Shown: one piece after another, positions 31,606-47,572 of the stretch
Layout: each line of letters opens with the position of its first letter
How positions within the stretch are numbered: the first letter of the stretch is position 1
Origin: Chrysemys picta bellii
Taxonomy: Eukaryota
Direction: 5' to 3'
NCBI RefSeq assembly: GCF_011386835.1
Contig: NC_088812.1
Span: forward strand, 2,108,001-2,172,000
Length of the DNA stretch: 64,000 bases
The notes under the pieces: model-generated
Databases searched by the model: none
Told to the model about the DNA's origin: nothing
Seen by the model: the letters and a program-made list of their open reading frames with translations, nothing else
Translations under genes and position numbers: made by a program

Positions 31606-34600
31606 GTTCCCCCTGCAAGGGTGCTCACCTGGAAACATTGCTGCTGCAAGACAATGAGCTGCTGGCTGTCCTCGATCTCCGCCTTCAGCTTCATGATCTC
31701 CTTGTCGTGGTCCGTCACGCTGATCACGTGGTCCCCGCCCTCGGCCTCACACCCCTGGGAGCCGGCGGCCACGGCTGGAAGGATGGAGCAAGAGCAGCTG
31801 AGCTCCAGAAGGTGGGACTGGGGGCGAGGGGGGAGCCAGGATACGGCCGCTCGGAGGGGAGAATCTCCCCCCCCACCACCACTAGGACTGAAGGAACAGG
31901 CAGGGCAAGCCCCCTTCTTGGCCCAGTGAGGAGGAGAGTGGGGTTGGGGGCCATTGGTGGACACACCCTGGAGTGAATCCCCCTCAGCGTAGGGACTGGG
32001 CGTCTCTCTAGGGCAGGGACAGAGGAGAGGATGTGGGGACAGCAGCCGGTGGGGGTGCATGGTTTGGGCTCCCTCTCCAGAGGGACTGGGGGGATTCCTG
32101 TGGGGCACGTTTGGGGAGGGCAGGAGGATGGGGGTGGGGAGACGGGGCCATGGGGTAACAGATGCCCAGCCTGTCACCTTGCGAGATCACAGCCGGGGAG
32201 ACGGGGGGTGTCATACCCTGACTGCCCAGACTTTCCACATGGCTTTTGAAGCTGCGCCCTTGGTCCTGGACGCTGCGCGTCAGCTGCTCCCACATTGCGT
32301 CGGACGAACGGGTCCCCTCGGGCGCCGGCTCCCCTCCGCCTCCCTGCGCGCGGGGGAACGGGGCGGGATGAGCGGCCGGGGAGGCAGCAATCCCCCCCCA
32401 GCGGCCCCCGGAGGGCAGAGCTCACCTGGGCCGCGCTGGCAGCAACGCCGTCCTCGCCCAGCAGGCCCCCCACGTCCTGGCGCAGCTGGGCCAGCAGCCG
32501 CTTCAGCTCCGCGTTCTCCAGCGTCCGCTCCTGCAGCTGCTTCTCCTGGGCCGCCAGCAGAGAGCGGAACATCTCCTCCTCCTTCCTGCCCGGGCGGGGA
32601 GCGATGCCGCGGGGAGCTACCCACTGAGACCTCCCAGCGTCCCCCGGAGCCACCCAGCACCCGCCCACCCCCGGAGCCCCAACCCCAGCGTCCCCCAGCA
32701 CCTGCCCACCCCCGGAGCCCCACCCCCAGCATCCCCCAGCACCCGCCCACACCCAGTGTCCCCCAGAGCCGCCCACCCCCAGAGCCCCAACCCCAGCGTC
32801 CCCCGGAGCCCCACTCCCAGTGTCCCCCAGAGCTCCACCCCCAGCACCTGCCCACCCCCACAGCCCCAGCATCCCCCAGCACCCGCCCACCCCCAGTGTC
32901 CCCCAGAGCCGCCCACCCCCGGAGCTCCAACCCCAGCGTCCCCCAGCACCTGCCCACCCCCGGAGCCCCATCCCCAGCATCCCCCAGCACCCGCCCACCC
33001 CCAGAGCCCCCTAGTGTTCCCCAGAGCCCCCCAGCACCTGCCCACCCCAGTGTCGCCCAGAGCCCCACCCCACCCCCCGCCCACCCCCCCAGAACCCCAC
33101 CCCAGCACCTGCCCACCCCAGTGTTGCCCAGAGCCCCACCAGCACCCGCCCACCCCCAGAACCCCACCCCAGCACCCGCCCACCCCAGTGTTGCCCAGAG
33201 CCCCACCAGCACCCGCCCACCCCCAGAACCCCACCCCAGCACCCGCCCACCAAGACACCCCTACTGCTCCCATTCACCCAGACCCTCCCATCCCCCCCCC
33301 CCCGGCCCCATCTCCGCTCCACTGGCCTCCCTCAGCCAGAGCCCCCACAGGACACCCCCCCCCCCACAAACCCCACCTTCCTATGTCCCATCATCCACTC
33401 AGACTCCCCCCCCCAAAACTGCCTACACACCCATCATCCTCCCTGAGCCATCACAGAGGGGAACTCCCTGCCCCCTGCCCAGCCTCCCCCCACCAATCAG
33501 ACCCAGCCATGCAACCCCCCCACAGCAGCACTGCCTCCCTAGCTGCCCCCCCCCCCGCCCGCATATGCCAGCTGCCCTTGTCTACCATATCCAGGGGCCA
33601 CCTCCACCCAGCCCAGCACCCAGCCCGCCAAGTGCCCACCGCGGAGGCCACGTCTCTTACTTGCCGAGCGACTTCCCAGTTTTCCAGGTTGCCCTCCTGC
33701 CGTCCGCCCGGCCCAGGCTGTTGAGAATCTCCATGGCTGGGGAGAGCAAGGGCGGGACTCTCAGAAGGACAGCCCCCCAACGAGCTAACCCTCCCTCCCC
33801 CCGCTCTAACCACTAGTCCCCTCCCTGAGCCAGGGACAGAACCCAGGAGTCCTGGCTCCCCGCCCCCTGCTCTAACCACTAGTCCCCTCCCTGAGCCAGG
33901 GACAGAACCCAGGAGTCCTGGCTCCCCGCCCCCTGCTCTAACCACTGGGCCCCACTCACTTGACAGTGCAAGGGATAGAACCCAGGAGTCCTGGCCCCGT
34001 AACATCCCCTTCTCTAGCGACTGTACAATGATACCTCTCCTGAACTTTAGCTTTCTGCTGAAATCTTCTGCCTCTAGCAGAAAGATCCCCAGAGCCCTCT
34101 GCAGGCACCACTCACCCACCGTTGAATTGCAGCTGCCTCTGGGGCGGAGCGTGGCAGCTGTTTAACAGCCGCAGAGAACGCAGCCAGTGGAGAAGCCTGA
34201 ATCCCATGGGAACTGCAGAAGGTAGATCCACAGGGGAGGTCACCCCACCCACCCCGGCACTCCCCACTCACCCGCCCGCCTGTCCCTCTTGTCCGTCTGC
34301 TGCTGGCTCATCTTCTCCTTCAGCCGGCTCAGCTCCTGCTCCTTCCTCCGCACCTCGTGGCGGTGCTGCGCCCCACGGCTGGCCAGGGTAGCCTGGAGCT
34401 TCGCCACCTGCTGGGCACCCCAAGGCACCGATCAAACTGGGACAGCCCCGGGGGCAGGGCAGCACTGCCCCCCCCTTCACTACAACCTCTGCCCCGAGGG
34501 GCACATGGACCAGCCCAGCGCAGGGCTTGACTCAACCGAAGCTGGGCCCCCACCTCAGTCATCTACACTGGGGCACCGGGCTTCCTTCTGGATCACGCAT

Positions 34601-36985
34601 CGCTGCTGGCCAGTGCTTCAGCCATGCCCCCGGGTGGGTGGGTGTGGGGGGTGTCCCTGGGTGGGCGGGTAGTAGGGAGGCAGGGCTGCTGGGTGGGCAG
34701 CCAGTGCAGGGGATAGGGCCCCAAGGTGTGCCGGGGGGGGGATGCCCCGGCACCTGCACCAGCCCCTTTGCCCAGCTCGAACCCAGGCTCCGATCAGTGT
34801 CACTCGGGTGCCTTCAGGACCCTCCAGCAGCACACTGGCTGCTTGTGTGTCACTAGCCTGTGGAACTCCCTGCCACAGGAAGCCGTCGAGGCCGAGAACT
34901 CAGCCAGATGCCAAGCGGGACTGGGAGGTGATACGGATACCAACCGCCAGAGCTGGAAGAGTTAATGCACAGAGGTTAACCCAAGCCAGTGTCCATTAGG
35001 GGTCAGATTACCCCATAACTGCAGCTGTGATGTTTCTACCCCCCCAGCCGAAGCCTTTGGGGCTTGCCCCTGTCAGAAATGGGAGATGGGTCCGACCCAT
35101 TCTGGCGGTTCTATGCTCCCCTTCCACCGGGGCCTGGCACCGGAGGGGGCTGGGAGGTCACCGTGGGATGGGGCAGCCGGGTGGGAAGATGCCCCCATCC
35201 CGCGCCCCCTCACCTCGTCCTTCTCTCCTTTCAGCAAGGCCAACAGCTCCTTGTTCTTGGTCTGCAGCTGCTGCTCCTTGCTCTGCACAGCCGCGATCTC
35301 TCGCTCACAGGCCTCCACTTGCGCCTGGCGGGGGAAAAAGAGACGGTGGATGCAGGACCAGCACCACCCCCGGCCTGGCAGGAGTTACCAAGCCCACCGG
35401 GGCCCTGTCTGATCCCCCAGAGGCACCTCCGTAAGCGCCCTGGGGCAGCATCTAGCTTGCCTTGGAGGGCAGGACCCATCTGGGCACAGCGCTCTGCAGA
35501 GCGCGAAGAATCACCGATTCGAATGCCGAGGCCTCCTCCCCGTCCCTTGGGAAACTATCCCTCAACTCAGCTGGGAGCGTCCGCCCCCACAACCCCCTCA
35601 AGTTCCCCCCTTTGTTCAGCTCAAAGTCTTTGCCGCCCCCCCCCCCGACACGCTCCTCTCCTGCCGACCGCCAGCCTGTGGAACTCTCCGCCACTGGAAA
35701 GTAGCATGCCAGGGTAGCATCTTGACCCACGGCGATGCAGGCTAAGAGATGGGCAGCCCGACCGCAAGGCTCAGGGGAGACGGCGACGACCAACGCAGGG
35801 GGATCCCACTGCCACCAAAAACACGCACCAGGCTGTTGGCGGGCAATTTGTCCCCTCGGCTGAACCCGCTGGTGCCTACCGTTGCCGGAGAAAGGGCACA
35901 AGACTGGGCATGTCTCCTTCGGCCGATTTGAGGCGGGGGTGGGGATCCGAGCCAGATGGGCCTTTTCCCCGACCTGGTGCAAACCACAGCTGCCCCCCCC
36001 GCCCCCCCCGGCTCCCCAGCACCCACCTTGAGCTTGCTCTGCCGGCCTCTCAGGTAGCCCAGCTCGCCGGCTCGCCTCAGCTCCTCGGCCTCCATGGCAC
36101 CCAGCTTGGCCGAGGCCTCCCGGTAGAGCCGCAGCAGGGCCCAGGTGCCGTTCACCAGGGCCCGGAGGTCAAAGCCTCCCTCCGCATAGAGCGGGGCCAG
36201 CCCCAGCCCCGCCACCTCCTGCAGGGGCAGATGGGCCAGACCGGGGGGTGGGGGTGTCACATCTGGGCAGGGTTTGGATCCCAATTAGCATCGCCCCTTC
36301 CCCACTTGTGACCCGCCTCCCCAATTAGCCCCATCCCCTGCCCATCCACTCCCCAGTTATGTCCCCCAATTAGCTCCCTCATTCCCCCACCCCCTCCCTG
36401 ATTACCCCAAATCCTGTCCAGTCGCACCCCGTTTGCTCCGCCCCCTGCCCAATTAGCCCCACCCCCTTCCAAGTTGTAGCTCCTCCCCATTAGTTCCACC
36501 CCTGTCCCCCCCATCTCCTGTCCATGGCCAATTTGACTTCCCCCCAGCCATTGACCCAGCTCCCCATGCTGAGGGTCCCCAAGGATCTGTACCAAGAAGG
36601 GTTGGATTCCAGGGCCGAGCCAGCTGCAGCCTGGCTGTTGGCAGGGGAATCCCCCAGGGCTGGAGAGGTGCCTTTTCTTTGTCCCAGGAAATTCACAATG
36701 AGCATGGGATCCCCCCATGAAATGAGCGAGGAGGGTTAACGGGGCCCACCGCAGTCAGGGCGGGAACCAGCCCGTTGCCCAGGGAATATTAACCCCCCCT
36801 TGCCTGGTACCCGGGACGCCACCTGCCTCGTTGAGGTACGAGATGCAGTGATCAATGTTGGCGCTCCAGCAGAAGGCCCCGCTCGGCTCGCCGCCCCCCT
36901 CCAGCAGCTCCAGGGGGCCATCGAGGTCGTCCAGGCTGGTCCCCACCAGTGAAGAGATGCCTGGCGCGGGGATGTACTTGGCCAT
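29572..36985 (-). CDS. SSX2IP/ADIP-like (afadin- and alpha-actinin-binding protein family) coiled-coil protein; two apparent frameshifts in the 3' exons
   Basis: Exons: 36985-36827 (GC donor), 36218-36027, 35324-35214, 34407-34272, 33736-33661, 32585-32426, 32343-32217, 31774-31629, 30657-30483, 30085-29966, and a tentative last exon 29609-29572. Motifs match SSX2IP: AFC..NIDHCISYLNE|E, SRGAQHRHEVRRKEQE..LKEK, MEILN..GRADGRRATWKTGK, EEEMF..ENAELK, EQLTRSV..FKSHVE, VIS..DHDKE..KL..EI, F.EE.RNFTEAAIRLGHE|RKQFE.ERA.LLKQ.FL. Confidence 0.85.
31070..31440 (-). mobile_element. CR1-like LINE 3' fragment in an SSX2IP-like intron
   Basis: Reverse-strand CR1-type tail (CCTTGGTAAGTTGTGCCAGTGGTTAATTA..GGCAGGTTTTCCAATCTTTTAATCCTTCTCGTGGCTCTTCTCTGA). 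Confidence 0.65.
32630..33260. repeat. C-rich intronic minisatellite
   Basis: Recurrent CCCCCAGCACCCGCCCACCCCCAG(A/T)G units; the source of several spurious Pro- or Gly-rich ORFs. Confidence 0.9.
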
Positions 36986-38574
36986 TAAACCCCTGGTCTC
37001 TACAGTGGGGGAAAAGAGCGAGACTGAAATCTGGGCACCAGCGGGGAGACCGGGGTGAAGGAGCTGCTAGCCCAAGAGGTCAGAGTCAGTCAGGGACACA
37101 GCTGGGAACAGAACCCAGGAGCCCTGGCTCCCAGCCCTGCCCCCGCTCTAACCACCAGACCCCACTCCCCTCCCAGGGCTGGGAATAGAACCCAGGAGTC
37201 CTGGCTCCCAGCCCCGCCCCTGCTCTAACCACCAGACCCCACTCCCCTCCCATGGCTGGGAACAGAACCCAGGAGTCCTGGCTCCCAGCCCCACCCTGGA
37301 TCACGCTGTTTCAAGCCTAGACAGGCAGAGAAAACCACCAGGAACCCCACTCCCCAAGTCCCTCCTCTAACCACTGCACCACGCTGCCCCCCAGGGCTTG
37401 GCACTCTGATATGGAGCCAGGCGCTCCTACCTAACCGCTCCCTGCGCCGAGTCAGGGCCAGGAACTACCCGGATCCCCGCGGGCACCTGCCCCTACATCT
37501 GCCGAGACGTTTGGCCTGAACTCCTGAGTGGGATGCAGTGGTTAGAGCAGGGGGACTGGGAGCCAGGACTCCTGGGTTCTCTCCCCAGCTCTGGGAGGAG
37601 AGTGGGGTCTAGAGGGAGAGGGATAGGTGGGTCAGGACTCCTGGGTTCTATTCCTGTCACTAGGGGGGATTCGGGGTCTAATGAGGAAGACAAGATGATT
37701 AGAGAAGCAGGTTTGGGAGTCGGGACCCCTGAATTCTGTTCCCAGCTCTAACTTGGAGCCTGGGTCCCAGCCTGTCCCCACCCCCTTTGTGCCTCAGTTT
37801 CCCTTTCCAGTAAAGAAGGGGCAACACCAGCTCCCCAGCTTCACAGAGGGGAGGGGCCCACGAGGCTTTGAAGCCCTTTAATGTGAGAGAAGGCGCCCGG
37901 GGTCCTTAGCCCCAAAGCCAGACCATGGTGCTGGTAGTTACCTGGCGATGGCTCAGCCTGGTGCGCCGGGGGGCACCCCGAGTTCTCCAGGGCTTCCCGC
38001 TGCAGACCAATGGGAACTGAGAGGAAAGGGGGAGACGCTTCAACATCTTCCCAGATGGGCAGGAAAAATGGGGGCTCAGGCCCCCCACCCCATCCCAAGG
38101 GGCACCTCATCATCCGTACCGACTGGTGACACCCCCACAGGGCTCCTGGCCGAGCGCTGCTCCCTCCAGGAGCTCAGAGCCCGGGGGCTCCTAGTGCCAG
38201 ACACCGCAGCACAACCGAGAGCTGGGCCCCACAGAATGCAGCCCCCCCATCCAGCCCCCAACCCCCTCAATCCAGCACCCGATCCCCCCTCAGTTCCAGC
38301 ACCCCACAATCCAGACCCCAACCCCACACCTCCAGCCCCCTCAATCCCAGCCCCCTACCTTCCACTTCCAGCCCCCAACCCTCCACAACCCAGCCCCACC
38401 CCCTCAATCTCAGCACCCCACCTCCAGCCCAACTCCTCCAATCCCAGCCCCCCACAATCCAGACCCCAACCTTCCATCTTCAGCCCCACCCCCCTCAACT
38501 CCAACTGCCCACTCCATTAGCCAAACCCAGCAACCCTCCCACACAGACCTTCCAAATATCCCCCCCCAACCCGC

Positions 38575-38675
38575 ATGGCAGTATTTGGTCCTGCCATGCG
38601 GGCAGGGGACTGGACTCGATGACCTCTCGAGGTCCCTTCCAGTCCTATAATCTAGGATTCTATGATTCTATGAAC
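38575..38675 (+). mobile_element. CR1 (or CR1-mobilised SINE) 3' terminus
   Basis: GGTCCTGCCATGCGGGCAGGGGACTGGACTCGATGACCTCTCGAGGTCCCTTCCAGTCCT..ATTCTATGATTCTATGA. Confidence 0.85.
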
Positions 38676-38763
38676 CCAACCTCCTCCATCCCCAACACCT
38701 CTTAACCCCAGACCCAAACCAACCCCCTCCAGCCCCCGCCCCCTGTAACCTACCCCCGCTCAC

Positions 38764-38975
38764 CCAGCTGAGCTCACTGTGGGATCAGCAAACAAAAGCC
38801 ACCTCCCTGGCCCGGGGAACCTTTCAAACAGCCCGCCTCCCCGCGCCTCTCCCATTGGCCAGTCTGCCCCACTTTGTGGCTTTCCATTGCGTAAGGAGGC
38901 AGCAGGGCTAGCCAATGGCATTGCTTAGGTGGGGGAGGCGTGGCTCAGGAGAGGGGCATGCTGGGAATTGTAGTT
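38764..38975 (-). promoter_or_regulatory. Promoter and first non-coding exon region of the SSX2IP-like gene
   Basis: CCAAT/ATTGG boxes (~38854, ~38911), GC box GGGGGAGGCGTGGC, and GCATGCTGGGAATTGTAGT (38956-38974, the ACTACA-TCCCAGC ZNF143/THAP11 motif). GTGAGC donors at 38763/38777. A 58-nt ATG-less exon at 37999-37942. Confidence 0.6.
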
Positions 38976-40307
38976 GTGGCTGTGAAGCCCACATGGATGG
39001 GGGAGGTTGGTGCACGTGGCTTGACGGGGATTGAAGGGGCTCTGGGGGAGATCTAAAGGGCTCTAGAGGGATGCAGACATGGAGTTATACAAGGGCAGAG
39101 GTTGTGGCCATAAGGGATAGAGACGTGTGTGTGTCAATAGACGGGGAGCGTTGATGGAAATAGGGGGCGTAGGGGGGCGCGTAGGACTGGATATGGGGCT
39201 GTAGAGCAGGAGATACACAGACTTATTCTCCTTCTCGTGTGCAAAGCAGGAGCCGGGTACTTGTTCCCTGTGCCCACAGCTTGTGCAGAGTCTCTGCGAG
39301 CCCCTTTGAAACGGAGCCGGGCCCCCATGGGGGCAGCGCTGCCCCCGCTGGGCACTCAGGGGCCTGGTGCTGCAGGACACTGGGGGGGGGGGGGGGCTCT
39401 GGATCTGGCCCCACAGGGCAGGTGCTCGGCCTGGGGGGTCCCTCGCAATCAGTGCTGATCCCAATGCCCTAGGATGGCGCTAGGGGGCGCTGTGCTACCC
39501 CCAGGAGGGAAAACTGAGGCCCACAGAAGATTCAATCCGCACCGGAGTCGACCCCAACCCCCCCTTTACGCAGCTCCCTGCTGCCTTCCCTCGAATCCCC
39601 TCTGCCGTCAGCCCGACGGGCTCGTCTTTCCCTCCTGGCCTGGACGACCCCACAGGACGAGACCCGCGTGCTCCCCTCTCCCCCTCCTCCCGGGCCAACG
39701 CCCCCTTGCTCCAGGTCAGACGTTCCCTGTGCTCTACCCGGGCTAGCTTTAAAAGGCTCCGGCCGCCGGCCTGTCCCGCCCCTCCCCAGGGGCAGAGCAC
39801 GACCCAGGCCAGTGCATTACGTCACCCTTCTACAAGAGCCAGCGTGGACCTGCCCTGCCCCACCCCAGAGCTGGCCACATTTCAGTCCAGAGTGAACCAG
39901 ACCCTTGTGTGGCATTGCTGTGCGCTGTTAAATAGCTGCTGCGCTCCACCCCAGAGGTGGCTGCTGCAAACCCTCCTTGGGGTCTTTCCACAAACAGTCC
40001 TATGCAAAAAACACACTCGCTGGTCAGCAAAGACCTGCTGAGAATCCCTCCTGAGCAGGGACTGTCCCAGCTGCTGGGGGGGAGGGGGGCACACAGCACT
40101 GGGCTATTCCCTGCTCCCTGCGGGTCAGTGGGAAGCAGAACTCAAGTGAGAGCAGCCCCCAGGCTGCTCCAAGAGACACAAGGGGACCAGGACATGGGGA
40201 GCATAAAGACACCCCCCCCAATCTTAAGAAATATCTGTCTCACGCATCTTCACCTGCTGACGTTATAGGGGAAAGGACCCAACACAGAGTGCGAACAGCT
40301 TGGCGAG

Positions 40308-40313
40308 TTTAAT
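40308..40313 (-). terminator. Possible CLPP poly(A) signal (ATTAAA)
   Basis: TTTAAT on + about 350 nt past the CLPP stop. Confidence 0.45.
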
Positions 40314-40661
40314 TTAGTAACGATCATTCAGCTAACGATTCTACACCAGGAGGGGAGCGTGTCCTTGTGACCCAAAGGTACCAAAATAATCGGACCTTGC
40401 CAGACACACCCCAGCTCGGACCAACACATCTCGCCAGCTGCTGGTGGGGCACCAGAGGGGGACGCCCAGTGTGGGGTATGGGGATGGTTTCCTCTTGCAT
40501 CCATCTAGCAAGCGGGGGGGGGGAGGGGGAGTAATCTCAGCATGGGGCCCTGCCGCCCCCACCCCTCTGCTTCGCGGGGTTGGTGTCTCCCAGCTTCTTC
40601 TCTCCTGGCTGGAACGATCCCCAGCCGCCTCTGTCGGTTCCCATCCGAGCCCAGAGGGCTC

Positions 40662-44006
<3,345 letters not shown>

Positions 44007-44039
44007 CTTCTCACTCCAACCCAGCCCCACCCCCTCCCT

Positions 44040-44185
44040 GCCCCCGCGCCCCGGAAGTGATGCCCTGCCCCTCCCCTCAGGAGGTGGAGCCTGTGGGAGG
44101 CATGTGATCAGGGCTCCTCAGAATGGAACTACAGCTCCCAGCATGCATGGCGCTGCCGCAGTGACTGCTGGGGATTGTAGTTCTA
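44040..44185 (-). promoter_or_regulatory. CLPP core promoter
   Basis: ETS/GABP site CCGGAAGTG (44051-44059) and two oppositely oriented ACTACA-n-TCCCAGC motifs (44128-44146, 44167-44182) directly upstream of the ATG exon. Confidence 0.7.
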
Positions 44186-44214
44186 TCCCCTGGGCTGCTA
44201 GTTGGAGAAGGTGG

Positions 44215-44718
44215 AGAGGGGTCTAGTGGTTAGAGCGGGGTGGGGGGGGGGTTAAAAGCCAGGACTCCTGGGTTCTCTCCCCAGCTCTGAGAGGAGAGTG
44301 GGATCTAGTGGTTAGAGCAGGGGGCTGGGAGCCAGGACTCCTCGATTCTCTCCCCAGCTCTGGGAGGGGAGTGGGGTCTAGTGGTTAGAGCAGAGGGGCT
44401 GGGAGCCCGGACTCCTGGGTTCTATCCCCGGCTCTGGGAGGAGAGCGGGGTCTAGTGGTCAGAGCAGGGGGGGCTGGGAGCCCGGACTCCTGGGTTCTAT
44501 CCCCGGCTCGGGGAGGGGAGTGGGGTTTAGTGGTCAGAGCAGGGGGCTGGGAGCCAGGACTCCTCGATTCTCTCCCCAGCTCTGGGAGGGGAGTGGGGTC
44601 TAGTGGTTAGAGCAGGGGGGCTGGGAGCCAGGACTCCTGGGTTCTATCCCCGGCTCTGGGAGGAAAGCAGGGTCTAGTGGTCAGACCAGGGGGGGGCTGG
44701 GAGCCAGGACTCCTGGGT
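44215..44718 (+). repeat. Tandem array of ~72-bp tRNA/SINE-head-like units
   Basis: About 7 copies of GGTCTAGTGGTTAGAGCAGGGGGCTGGGAGCCAGGACTCCTGGGTTCTATCCC..CTCTGGGAGG. Confidence 0.9.
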
Positions 44719-46244
44719 TCTCCGCCCCTTCCCCCGCCAGCATGATGACTTTGTGACCCAGTGCAATGGCTTTATGTGGTGGTGTCGTTGTGACTAGGAC
44801 ACAGCTGCTGACCAACACCCCCCTCCCCCCCCCCGAGAGCTGGGGATGGAACCCAGGAGTCCTGAGTCTCCGCTCCAAACCACCCCCTAAAGAGGGCGAC
44901 GCTGTGTCCAGAGCCAGCCTGGCCGTGATGGAGGAAGTGAGACAGATGATTCCTCAGGGCCCTGGTAGAGGCTTTCACCCCCCTGACTGTGGGTGGCAGC
45001 CCAGTGCCGAGCCGCCCCCACCCACCTCAGGGTCTCTAGTGCCCACCCAGATTTCACACCCCATGTTCTGCATCGCCCAGTCCATTGGGGAACCTGGCAG
45101 AGCCTGCAGCCCCCGCACACACCACACAGGGGCAGCAAGGAGCGAGGAATAGCCAGGCAGCCCGTTAGAAGTTGGGGGGCCAGGGTGGGGTCTCCCCATC
45201 CTGTCTCTCTCTCCAGCCCAGGTGCCCCCACAGGCTTGGTGCCATTGTGGCGGACGTTGGAGACACAACAGCCCCTGTAGGAATTGGGCTGAGACCTGCC
45301 CAACTCGATCCACCCAGGGACCGCAGAACAGGCTGGGTGTGAGAGGGGAGTGGCGGGCAGGCCACAGAGCCAGGCCCTGGCACTTGGGAAGGGCACCAGG
45401 ATTTACGAGGTGTTAATTGATGGCGTGTGCCTGTCCCCACAAAGGCGCCACGCCCAGGGTGTGAGAACAGAGGGTGAAACCGGGCAATGATTAGATTGCG
45501 GAGGTGGGTCAGCTAGCGGGGACAAACCTCAGATGACTCAGATCACACCCCCTGGTCTCCCACTAGACCCCATGCCCCCACTGGAGACGAGGATAGAACC
45601 CAGGAGTCCCTGTACCCCTCTGAGCTCAGTGGCGTGTCTCTCTGTTTAGAACAATGTAGCTAAAGTTTAGGGAATTCTCACTTTGGGGGGTCTTTGAATC
45701 CAGGGTTCACTTTGGGATTTAACTGCTGTAGTTCATGCTGCTCCTCCCCTAGGCAATGAGATATAGGTGTTAAAGCAGGGGCAGGGTAGGGACCCTGGAC
45801 TCCTGGGTTCTGTCCCTGGCTGTGGGAGGGGAATGGGGTCTAGTGGTTACTGCAGGACTCTGGGGTTTTATTCCGCACTCCACTGACACGCTGTGTCCTT
45901 GGGTGAGGCACGCTCAGTGCCTCAGTTTCCCCTGTGTAGCCAGGGGCAAACACTTCCTGAGTTTCCCAGGAAGGGCCCCAGGAGCGGAGCCCTTTGGGCC
46001 AAGTCCATCCAAGATGTTACTGCAGGGCAAAGTGTTCTCACCCGGCCTCCTCCCCGCCCGCAGTAACTATCCCAAGGCAACTGGGAAAGAAGATAGGGCG
46101 CTCCCACGTGTCAGCGTCATTCCCTGTCCCCCGGGCGTGGGACGGTGCGATCCAGAGCTGGGGGGAGTGCAGTCTGAAGGACGACACCAGGCGCCCAGAG
46201 CAGCCGGGAGAACACGCCACAGAGAGGGAACTGGGGTGGCTTGG

Positions 46245-46640
46245 TTAGAGCGGGAGGGGAGCTGGGAGCCAGGACTCCTGGGTTCTCTCCCCGGCTCTGG
46301 GAGGGGAGTGGGGTCTAGTGGTTAGAGCAGGGGAGCTGGGAGCCAGGACTCCTGGGTTCTTTCCCTGGCTCTGGGAGGGGAGTGGGGTCTAGTGGTTAGA
46401 GCGGGGGGGGGGAGCTGGGAGCCAGGACTCCTGGGTTCTCTCCCCAGCTCTGGGAAGGGGGTGGTCTCTAGTGGTTAGAGCAGTGGGGGGGGGCTGGTCA
46501 CCAGGACTCCTGGGTTCTCTCCCCAGCTCTGGGAGGGGAGTGGGGTCTAGTGGTTAGAGCAGGGGGGGCTGGGAGCCAGGACTCCTGGGTTCTCTCCCCG
46601 GCTCTGGGAGGGGAGTGGGGTCTAGTGGTTAGAGCGGGGG
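46245..46640 (+). repeat. Tandem array of ~72-bp tRNA/SINE-head-like units
   Basis: About 5 copies of the same unit. Confidence 0.9.
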
Positions 46641-47572
46641 AGCTGGTAGTCAATGGGACCCATCCCCAGCTGGTGGGTCTCAGTGGAGCTGGGTTGCTTT
46701 ACGACAGGAGAGGAGCTGGCTCCTTGGGAGCCGATCCTGGGCCCGGGGCCCGGTACACACTAGTGCAAACTGCGGGGGAAATTCCCTGCCTCCCCCATTG
46801 GCCTGGTGGAAATGCCGTGTGGGAGGAGCGAGCACCACACCTGCTGGGGAGATGCTGTGGTTGCCAAGGGTCACTGCTGAGATTTGGTCCCCGCCTGGGG
46901 CTGCCAGGCGTGTCCCACTCACCCCGCGTGAGTCACAGAGCCTGAGTTGCTTCTTCCTGGCACCGATTCCCGGCACTCCCTGGGCTCCAGCAGCAACCCC
47001 AGGGCTGTTTGCTGACTCACAGGGCCCCTGGCTCCCCCCAGAGCAGGGCGCAGGCACAGGGTGGGGTAGGTCTATTGCCCATTGGGCACTCACATCTCTA
47101 ACCCACTGAGAGGGGCACAGGGGGCACCAGCTCTGATCCGGCCCCAGGGCTGGGGACGGGATGGCGGGGGGGAGGGGGGGGGGCGGGATTGGGGCCTGTC
47201 TTCTCTAGGGGGCACCGGCTCCAATCAGGCGAGACCAAGATTCATTCCCCTCTGACAGAGGCTTGGTGTGAAATGAGTTTGGGGGGTCTCAGGCCAGGGG
47301 GTCCGTAGCGCTGGCTGGCAGCTCAGCGCTGGCTGGGCCATGGAGCCAGAGCGGCTGCTCCCTCGGTTCCCGTGCGGGCAGGAGCTGCCCCGGTGCTCAG
47401 GCCAGGCGGTGGAAGCCCCGAGCTGGGCGCTGGGGGAGAATTTCTGAGCGGAATCTCCAGACAGCCCAGCCGCTTCCAGCCCCCGCCCTGGCCTGAGCCC
47501 AGGCCGCCGCTGGAGTCAGCTGTTATACTGTGGTAGCGGCCAAAGTACTTCTCCCCCCAACGCCATACACTG

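Noticed and set aside
32059-33816. 585-aa Pro-rich + strand ORF and overlapping Gly/Trp-rich - strand ORFs
   Set aside because: They read through the C-rich intronic minisatellite and antisense to SSX2IP-like exons; there are few stops because of composition.
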